Shown here: one piece after another, positions 18,607 through 25,708 of the stretch
Position numbering within the stretch: position 1 is the stretch's first letter
Layout: each line of letters opens with the position of its first letter
Source: an uncultured Bacilli bacterium
GTDB lineage: Bacteria; Bacillota_I; Bacilli_A; RF39; UBA660
NCBI GenBank assembly: GCA_944359705.1
Contig: CALVSZ010000003.1
Span: 1-33,026, forward strand
Direction: 5' to 3'
Length of the DNA stretch: 33,026 nucleotides
Made by a program: the position numbers and the translations under genes
The notes under the pieces: model-generated
The model's database searches: none
Told to the model about the DNA's origin: nothing
Seen by the model: only the letters and a program-made list of their open reading frames with translations

Positions 18607-18635
18607 GAAAGAATTTATGCAAAAAAAGGAATGAA

Positions 18636-19136
18636 TTAATACATTCCTTGAAGTTTCTTTTTATCAATATTACTTAAACTTTCTAATTTCCAATTACCAT
18701 CTTTATCTTTTAATACATCAAGTTCTAATGTATAGGTAACTGTATCATTAGTATTTTCTAATCTCTTAATTTTTTCATCATTGTATTCTTCTAAAGTATA
18801 ATCTTTATCACTATATTCATCATTTAAGTCATTAATAGTTTTTTTATAATCATATACTTTTATTTGAACCGTAATTGTAGAAGTATCACCATCTATTTTT
18901 TCATCTTTTATTTCATAACTTAAATTTTTATATTGTTTTTCAATTAATTGTTTATATTTTTCTTTCTGATTATCATTTAAATTTTCTTTATCAATAATTA
19001 TATCTATTTCTGAAGATATATCACTATCTAACATTTGATATTTAGCTAATAATTCTTCTACTTTACTAGAAGGAGTATTTGTTAATGAACATCCAAATGT
19101 AAAAAATAAAATTAATAGTGGTAATTTCTTTTTCAT
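18636..19136 (-). CDS. Putative lipoprotein (possibly NTF2-like fold)
   Basis: MKKKLPLLILFFTFG-C lipobox; TP..KVEELL, YEIKDEKIDGDTSTITV and KDGNWKL. Start ATG 19136 (SD GGAG). Confidence 0.7.
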   Translation of the reverse strand: MKKKLPLLILFFTFGCSLTNTPSSKVEELLAKYQMLDSDISSEIDIIIDKENLNDNQKEKYKQLIEKQYKNLSYEIKDEKIDGDTSTITVQIKVYDYKKTINDLNDEYSDKDYTLEEYNDEKIKRLENTNDTVTYTLELDVLKDKDGNWKLESLSNIDKKKLQGMY

Positions 19137-19183
19137 AATATCATCTCCACTATTAATATTTATCATATCTATAAAATTATACA

Positions 19184-19807
19184 TTAAAATTCATAATTAT
19201 TTAATACTTCTAATATCATACTAGAAGAATATCCCAAATTAATTAAATTAGTATATATTTTATTTTTCAACAAAAACCCTTTGTATTTCTTATTAGATTT
19301 TATAAACTTAGTTATTAACTTATTTATTTTTTCATATATAATATCTTCATCTATAGTGCTTATACATTTACTTATAATATTATTATCTATATTATGTTTT
19401 TTTAATTCTAGTTCAATTTTATATGGCCCCATTGTTGTAAAATTCAACTTGTCATTAATAAAAGCCTGTGTAAAAATAGCATCATTTAACAAATTATTTT
19501 TAATTAATCTTTCTATTATAATATTAATTACTTCTTCACTATATTTTTTACTTTTCAAATATACTTTCATTTCATTAATACTTCTAAGCCTTATTCCAAT
19601 ATAATTAATGCTTTTACTATAAGCCTCTTCATATACATTATCATTCATAATGATATTATATAAACTATCATCAATATCTTTTTTATATAATAAGTTATTT
19701 TTTAAAATAACATCTTCATAAGTATCAATAGTACTACCATCTTCTAAAAACAATTTATATTTACCATTATTTTCTTTTTTATATTTAATTATTTTTATAA
19801 CAATCAC
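19184..19807 (-). CDS. recX: Regulatory protein RecX
   Basis: SINYIGIRLRSINEMKVYL, LLNDAIF, GPYKIELELKKHNI and LINLGYS. The start codon is uncertain (GTG 19807 or ATA 19798). Confidence 0.88.
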   Translation of the reverse strand: MIVIKIIKYKKENNGKYKLFLEDGSTIDTYEDVILKNNLLYKKDIDDSLYNIIMNDNVYEEAYSKSINYIGIRLRSINEMKVYLKSKKYSEEVINIIIERLIKNNLLNDAIFTQAFINDKLNFTTMGPYKIELELKKHNIDNNIISKCISTIDEDIIYEKINKLITKFIKSNKKYKGFLLKNKIYTNLINLGYSSSMILEVLNNYEF

Positions 19808-19820
19808 CTCTCAAGCAATA

Positions 19821-20570
19821 TTATTTGCGTCTTTTCACATTATTAAAACTATTATCAATTGCTTCTGATAGTTTTAAAAAGGTTCCATTTTGTTTACATA
19901 TTTTTATAAAATCGTAAATAGTACAAAAATATCCTTTGGCAAATAAAATTTTCTCATCATCTATAGCTATTCCATTACCATCAAATAATCCACCTACATT
20001 AAATGAAGTGTAAGGATAATCACTAAATTTTCCATCATACATATAAAATTCTTTTATTTTTCCATCTAAGCCAAAATAGGATACTTTTCTATCTGTAGAT
20101 ACTTTGGATAAAGGAATTGAGCCATTTGTAAAATTATAAACATCTATATAGCCTTTAAAAGAGGATTTATTATTTATATAATCTTCAACCATCATTCCAT
20201 CTGAAGATAAATACTTAAAAGTTCTATCAATCCATGATACCAAACCATCTTTGGCAACTAGTGCGTAACCTGAATTATTAAAATCAGTAGCATAATCATA
20301 ACGATAAGGCAATAATTTATTATCAGCTTCACGTAAATAACCATATTCCCCATTTTCTAATTTAATAACTTTTACTCCATTTATAAATTCATGAGCATCA
20401 TCTATAATTGCACTTGTAAAAGTAGGCCTACCTGTTAATGGTAAAATTACAGTAATAGAAAAACTATCGCCGTTTTTTAAATAAACTTTATATAAAATAT
20501 TACGATATTTTTCATCTATAACAGCTGTACTTATACTTCTTATTCTATAAATTTCATTTATATCATTCAT
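19821..20570 (-). CDS. WG-repeat-like protein without signal peptide
   Basis: EFINGVKVIK..GEYGYL...LPYRYDYATDFNNSGYALVAKDG..WID and FTNG..SKV...YFGLDGK. SD GAGGTGA. Confidence 0.6.
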   Translation of the reverse strand: MNDINEIYRIRSISTAVIDEKYRNILYKVYLKNGDSFSITVILPLTGRPTFTSAIIDDAHEFINGVKVIKLENGEYGYLREADNKLLPYRYDYATDFNNSGYALVAKDGLVSWIDRTFKYLSSDGMMVEDYINNKSSFKGYIDVYNFTNGSIPLSKVSTDRKVSYFGLDGKIKEFYMYDGKFSDYPYTSFNVGGLFDGNGIAIDDEKILFAKGYFCTIYDFIKICKQNGTFLKLSEAIDNSFNNVKRRK

Positions 20571-20633
20571 CTATTTCACCTCGAACAATTTCATTGTACC
20601 ATAATTTTAATAAAACAAACAAAAAAAGTATAA

Positions 20634-21194
20634 TCAAATATACATATTTTTACGTTGTAATGGATTATACTTTTTTTCTTCCTTATAAAATTTTTCTACT
20701 AAAGATATTTTATTTTCTTTTAAACTCTTAGGAACGTCAATTATTCTTTGATTGTATGAACCCCTAAATAATGCATCAAAACTTTTTTTACTAATATCAA
20801 ATTTCCCGTCCACTAATACATCAATATTATTTAATAAATTTAAAATACCTTGATCATTTTTACTTCTTCTTACTAATACTTCAAAGTCAAATCCTGTATA
20901 ACACCAAACATCTAAATTTTTGCTTTTTGCATATTTAGCAATTTCTGCACATTCATTTGGTTGAAAGAAGGGATCACCACCAGATAATGTAATCCCTTGA
21001 TGTCCCTCCAATTCATCAATCCAAGATTTAACTTCTTCAAAATCAATTAACGCCCCGCCTTCAAAAGAATGAGTTTGAGGATTTTGGCATCCCTTACAAT
21101 TATGTGAACATCCTTGCGTCCACAAAACTGCTCTTACTCCTTCACCATCAACAATGCTATCTTTTTGAAGTTCTGCAGCTAATCTTATTTGCAT
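20634..21194 (-). CDS. nrdG: Anaerobic ribonucleoside-triphosphate reductase activating protein (radical SAM)
   Basis: DSIVDGEGVR..WTQGCSHNCKGCQNP (CxxxCxxC), GITLSGGDPF, DVLVDGKF and FRGSYNQRIID. Confidence 0.95.
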   Translation of the reverse strand: MQIRLAAELQKDSIVDGEGVRAVLWTQGCSHNCKGCQNPQTHSFEGGALIDFEEVKSWIDELEGHQGITLSGGDPFFQPNECAEIAKYAKSKNLDVWCYTGFDFEVLVRRSKNDQGILNLLNNIDVLVDGKFDISKKSFDALFRGSYNQRIIDVPKSLKENKISLVEKFYKEEKKYNPLQRKNMYI

Positions 21195-21373
21195 TATGCT
21201 AATTTCTCATCAAAAATACCTTTAGTACTATGTTTTACTCTATCTCTTTCTTCTGCTCTTTTTCCATTATTAAATCTATCAGTAGTACCTACTAGATATC
21301 CTGTAATTCTTCTAATTCTTTCAAATTCAACGCCTTCCCCAACTTTTTTAACTTCTCTTACTTCTTCTTTCAT
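21194..21373 (-). CDS. Stand-alone NrdD C-terminal glycyl-radical peptide (59 aa)
   Basis: FERIRRITGYLVGTTDRFNNGKRAEERDRVKH. Own SD AAAGGAAGG 7 nt before ATG 21373; TAATG overlap with nrdG. Confidence 0.85.
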   Translation of the reverse strand: MKEEVREVKKVGEGVEFERIRRITGYLVGTTDRFNNGKRAEERDRVKHSTKGIFDEKLA

Positions 21374-21392
21374 TTTTATCCTTCCTTTCTTT

Positions 21393-23693
21393 TTATCTAC
21401 AGCATTCATTAATACTGTTTATTTTTTCAATACTAACTCCCTCACCTGAATGTCTTCCACATCCTGGGCAAATATCACCAATTACCCCAACGTAACCACA
21501 TACAGGATCTCTATCAACTGGATGATTAATAGCAGCATATCCCATATTATTTTCTTTCATAAGTCTAATTATTTGCTCAAATGCATCTATATTATTAACA
21601 GCATCTCCATCTAGTTCTATATAACTGATATGACCGGCATTAGTAAGTTCATGATAAGGTGCTTCTTTCTTTATTTTATCTACTACAGAGATATTATAAT
21701 ATACTGGTACATGAAATGAATTAGTATAGTATTCTCTGTCAGTAACGCCCTTTATTCTTCCATATATTGCCTTATCTATATTTGTAAATCTTCCTGATAA
21801 TCCCTCTGCTGGTGTTGCTAAACATGTAAAATTCAAATTGTATTCTTTTGCATATTGATCACATTTGTCACGCATAAACTTAATAATTTTAAGTCCTAAT
21901 TTTTGAGCTTCTTCACTCTCACCATGATGCTTTCCTATAAGTGCTTTCAAGCATTCTGCTAAACCAATAAAACCAATACTTAAAGTACCATGCTTTAAAA
22001 TTTTTCTAAGTCTGTCATTTGGTTTTAATTTTTCGCTATCTAACCATACTCCTTGACCAAGTAAAAATGGGAAATTATACATTTTTTTACTACATTGAAT
22101 TTCGAATCTTTCTAAGAGTTGATCTTTAACCATATCCATAAGTTCCTCTAACTCATCGAAAAATCCTTTTAAATCTGTTTTTTCATTAGTAATAATTCCA
22201 TGCTTTATTCCAAGCCTTGGTAAATTAATTGTAGTAAAAGATAAATTACCACGTCCCGGTGTTACTGCCTTATTAGGATCTGCTACATTTGCAAGTACCC
22301 TTGTACGACATCCCATATATCCAACTTCAGTAGTAAAATCTCCTTCTTTATAATATTGTTTATTAAAAGGTGAATCAATAAATGAAAAATTAGGAAACAG
22401 TCTCTTAGCAGACACCTTACAAGATAATCTAAACAAATCATAGTTTGGATCTTCTTTATTGTAGTTTACTCCTTCTTTAACTTTAAATATTGATATAGGA
22501 AATATTGGTGTTTCACCTTTACCCAATCCTGCATCTACTGACAACAAATAATTTTTTATAACCATTCTACCTTCTGGAGATGTATCTGTTCCAAAATTAA
22601 TTGAAGAAAATGGAACTTGAGCACCTGCTCTTGAATGCATTGTATTTAAATTATGAACAAAAGCTTCCATAGCTTGATAAGTTGTTCGATCTGTCTTAGC
22701 AAGTGCTATATCATACGCTTTTTCAAAAATTCTCTTAACTTCTCTTGATTCTTTATATATCCCTTCAAAAATACTTAAATCAAATTCAATACTAGTCAAT
22801 TTATCTATTTCTTTAGCAACTCTATCCATATTTACAAAACTAATAAAATCTGAAAAATCTAATAATTCATATACTGATTGTTTGAATTGCTTTTTAAAAG
22901 TCATAAGAACGCCTGGAGCTAAATAATAATCAAAAGCTGGAATACTTTGACCACCATGTTGATCATTTTGATTTGATTGAATAGCAATTGCAGCTAAAGC
23001 TCCATAAGACATAATATCCTTAGGAGGTCTTAAATGACCATGACCTGTTGAAAATCCATTTTTAAATAACTTATTTAAATCTATTTGCATACATGTAGTA
23101 GTTCCCATTGCTAAGAAATCCATATCATGAATATGTATATCTCCAGCATCATGAGCTTCAGCAAATTTCTTTTTCATTAAATATGCTTTGGCAAATTCTT
23201 TAGATACTGTTGAACCATATTGAAGCATAGTACCCATTGCTGAATTTCCATCAATATTAGCATTTTCTCTTTTAGCATTTTCTTCACTAGCACTTTTTAA
23301 CCCCAAGCCCTCTAAAGATTTTAAAAATTTATGCATCTTCTTTTCATCAGCAAAAGCAAGCCTTGATGCAGCTCTTCTCTCACGATAATTAGAAAATGAT
23401 TCATATACATCTTCATAGCCACATTTCTTTAATTCGTCTTCAATTAAATCTTGAATTTCTTCAATTTTAATTTTATCTATATTTTTAGAAACGTATTCCT
23501 TATCTATTCTTTTAATTACTTTTTGATATACTTTTTGAATATCTTTTTCATTATATTTTTTTTCTTCATCAGTATTAACACTATCAAAGCCTTTTTTTAT
23601 GGCTACTGCTATTTTTGAACCATCAAAATTGGTCTTCTTTCCATTTCTCTTAATTACTGATATAGACAATATTTTATCTTCGATATCTACCAT
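21393..23693 (-). CDS. nrdD: Class III (anaerobic) ribonucleoside-triphosphate reductase, catalytic subunit lacking the glycyl-radical tail
   Basis: ATP-cone (VIKRNG..IEEIQDLIE), ENAN, IHIHDMD, TTTCMQI, QHGGQS, RAGAQVPFSS, YMGCRT, ATPAEGL, YYTNSFH and DPVCG..CPGCG metal site. SD AGGAGG. Confidence 0.95.
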   Translation of the reverse strand: MVDIEDKILSISVIKRNGKKTNFDGSKIAVAIKKGFDSVNTDEEKKYNEKDIQKVYQKVIKRIDKEYVSKNIDKIKIEEIQDLIEDELKKCGYEDVYESFSNYRERRAASRLAFADEKKMHKFLKSLEGLGLKSASEENAKRENANIDGNSAMGTMLQYGSTVSKEFAKAYLMKKKFAEAHDAGDIHIHDMDFLAMGTTTCMQIDLNKLFKNGFSTGHGHLRPPKDIMSYGALAAIAIQSNQNDQHGGQSIPAFDYYLAPGVLMTFKKQFKQSVYELLDFSDFISFVNMDRVAKEIDKLTSIEFDLSIFEGIYKESREVKRIFEKAYDIALAKTDRTTYQAMEAFVHNLNTMHSRAGAQVPFSSINFGTDTSPEGRMVIKNYLLSVDAGLGKGETPIFPISIFKVKEGVNYNKEDPNYDLFRLSCKVSAKRLFPNFSFIDSPFNKQYYKEGDFTTEVGYMGCRTRVLANVADPNKAVTPGRGNLSFTTINLPRLGIKHGIITNEKTDLKGFFDELEELMDMVKDQLLERFEIQCSKKMYNFPFLLGQGVWLDSEKLKPNDRLRKILKHGTLSIGFIGLAECLKALIGKHHGESEEAQKLGLKIIKFMRDKCDQYAKEYNLNFTCLATPAEGLSGRFTNIDKAIYGRIKGVTDREYYTNSFHVPVYYNISVVDKIKKEAPYHELTNAGHISYIELDGDAVNNIDAFEQIIRLMKENNMGYAAINHPVDRDPVCGYVGVIGDICPGCGRHSGEGVSIEKINSINECCR

Positions 23694-23723
23694 CTTATTT
23701 ACTCCCTCCTACATTACAAACTA

Positions 23724-23752
23724 ATTTTAATACATCGAAATACCTTTGTCAA
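23724..23752 (-). promoter_or_regulatory. Putative sigmaA promoter of the nrdD operon
   Basis: TTGACA (23752-23747)-17 bp-TAAAAT (23729-23724). Confidence 0.7.
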
Positions 23753-23971
23753 TACATTTTGTTCGTATTTTTCTTTTTTTGTTTTTTTCTGTATTTTTTC
23801 AAATTTGTTTTATATCATTTTTTTGCAAATACTTGTTTCTTATTTTTGACAAAAGTATACTTTTTCCTTATTTTTTAGGTATTTCGTCATTTTATAAATA
23901 TGTATTTTTTAAAATTATTTTAATTTTTAGTAATTTACATATTTTACATTTTTATATTTTTTAACATTTTT

Positions 23972-24038
23972 TAAAAAGAAAAAAACAAAGAAAGCGAACA
24001 CTACCACTTGTTAATTTTAATATTCTTTTCCTTGTTTT
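23972..24038 (-). terminator. Long hairpin plus U-tract downstream of the membrane-protein gene
   Basis: Minus strand AAAACAAGGAAAAGAATATTA-14 nt-TAGTGTTCGCTTTCTTTGTTTT followed by TTTCTTTTT. The G-U pairs favour the minus-strand RNA. Confidence 0.55.
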
Positions 24039-24077
24039 ATTTTATATAAAAAAGTTAAAATCGAACTATTATTCGTT

Positions 24078-25685
24078 CTAGTTTATTTTTAAAATTTCTA
24101 TTACTTCTTCTTCTTTAGCATAACTAATATTTATTTTATCATTTACACTTAAAAATGGAAGTATATTATTACTTGCACTTATTATAGCACGATATTTCTG
24201 ACCATTAGTATCTACTATATAATAATAGCTATTTCCAGAAATTAATGCCATGTTAATTTTAGATATTGTAATATCTTTAGTAATTAAAGTATTACTGTCA
24301 TATTCTGTTCCAATAGTAGACAAATATTTATTGGCAGCAGTTTCTATTCCTAAAGAAGAATCGGACACTACTACTTTTTGATAATCAGCAACATCAACAA
24401 AAGCATACATTTTAACTAAACCTGCCGCATCTTTTAAACTAAGTAAATACGTTGGTTTGTTATTTAAATTTATTAACAAAGGGAATGACGCTGTATACTT
24501 CATTTGTTGCACTTGACCTTCGGCAGAAGACATTGCTGAATATTCTTCAGCACCGGGAGCTGTATAAAAGTTTGTTTCTTTAGTACGCATATTACAAAGT
24601 ATAAATCCTAAATTAGATTCATCGTTAGCAACCGAAGTAATTCCTGTATATAAATATACATCATCATTCATTACTGTATAATTATATCCACGAGTAGTCA
24701 TAACTACCCCTTTTTGTCCAAATAAAGAATTTAAATAACCATCTTGATATTGACCCCAGTCATCAACTTGTTCAATAATTAAATCTGCTTTATATACATG
24801 ATCGACCCAAGTTGGAACATCTTTAACATCATATTTTTTACTTTTCCCTGTTATTGGATCTAAAATGATAACTCCAGTTATTTCCTTTTTAACACCTACG
24901 CCTTTATAACTAACAGTAGGAACAATCCAATAAGGGTTTCCTTCATTATCTATTTCAAAATTTGCTTCATCAAATATTTCTGTTGGATAACTAAATCTTA
25001 ATTTTCTCTCTAATTTTTCGTTAAATAATGCACTAGGCATATATTTCATACCTTTATCTAATTTAATTAAATTAGCTTCACCACTTACCGAATTTACTGT
25101 AATATACCCTTTAACGCCATCACCACGATTAGTAAACCATTTAATTATTGATGCATATTCTAGTGGAGTTACTCTTACTATTTCGTTATTATAGTTTATT
25201 TGCGTATATAAATTAGAAACGGTAAATTGACTTACTAATTCTGGCATTTGTCCCATTACTCTATCTCCTAATTTTTCACTAGAATCTTTATCTAAAAGAG
25301 GTAGAGCATTAAAATTAACTTCACTAATATCATCAATAAAGTTTTTGTCTTCATCTATAGTAATTCTACTAGCATAACTCTTAGAATTAAAAAGAGGGGA
25401 TACTACAAGATTGGAAAGAACTATTACCAAAAATATTCCTATTACAATATAAATACTATAATCTTTCTTTTTTAAATTATAAACTCTTCCTTTAATAATA
25501 AATTCTCTTATATTATCAATGTTAAATTTAAAGAAAGTTAAACCTTTATAGAACGCAAATATTATAAATAAATAAAACCAAAAATTAAAATCATGATAAT
25601 TAATTGGAGGTAAGTAAAAATAATATAATATTAAAGCAAATACTAAAACCATAATAATTTTTATAAATAAATCTTTCTTTTTCAT
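24078..25685 (-). CDS. Conserved-looking membrane protein (3 N-terminal TM helices, large extracellular domain), function unknown
   Basis: YYFYLPPIN, VRVTPLEY, FEIDNEGNPYW, VPTWVDHVY, YTGITSV..DESNLGF, GAEEYSAMSSAEGQVQ and LKDAAGLVK; these resemble a family widespread in Bacillota. SD AAGGAG. Confidence 0.75.
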   Translation of the reverse strand: MKKKDLFIKIIMVLVFALILYYFYLPPINYHDFNFWFYLFIIFAFYKGLTFFKFNIDNIREFIIKGRVYNLKKKDYSIYIVIGIFLVIVLSNLVVSPLFNSKSYASRITIDEDKNFIDDISEVNFNALPLLDKDSSEKLGDRVMGQMPELVSQFTVSNLYTQINYNNEIVRVTPLEYASIIKWFTNRGDGVKGYITVNSVSGEANLIKLDKGMKYMPSALFNEKLERKLRFSYPTEIFDEANFEIDNEGNPYWIVPTVSYKGVGVKKEITGVIILDPITGKSKKYDVKDVPTWVDHVYKADLIIEQVDDWGQYQDGYLNSLFGQKGVVMTTRGYNYTVMNDDVYLYTGITSVANDESNLGFILCNMRTKETNFYTAPGAEEYSAMSSAEGQVQQMKYTASFPLLINLNNKPTYLLSLKDAAGLVKMYAFVDVADYQKVVVSDSSLGIETAANKYLSTIGTEYDSNTLITKDITISKINMALISGNSYYYIVDTNGQKYRAIISASNNILPFLSVNDKINISYAKEEEVIEILKIN

Positions 25686-25708
25686 AAAATAACATCTCCT
25701 TTTCTATT

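Noticed and set aside
19150..19185. Possible sigmaF/sigmaG sporulation promoter (GTATA...AATATTA) upstream of the lipoprotein gene
   Set aside because: The match is too degenerate to be meaningful in such AT-rich DNA.
21374..21409. Programmed frameshift or sequencing error joining nrdD to its tail via the 71-aa ORF
   Set aside because: The small ORF has its own well-spaced SD and ATG at 21373, and the GEGV segment is present in both parts, so fusion would create a redundant insert. Disfavoured, though not excluded without reads.
23746..23964. 72-aa plus-strand ORF in the nrdD upstream region
   Set aside because: TTG start that coincides with the nrdD -35 element, no SD, and a Phe-rich translation of T-tracts; a compositional artefact.
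23998..24013. NrdR-box-like ACACTACCACTTGTTA
   Set aside because: Several central mismatches to the consensus, single copy, about 250 bp from the promoter, and it lies within a terminator-like hairpin.
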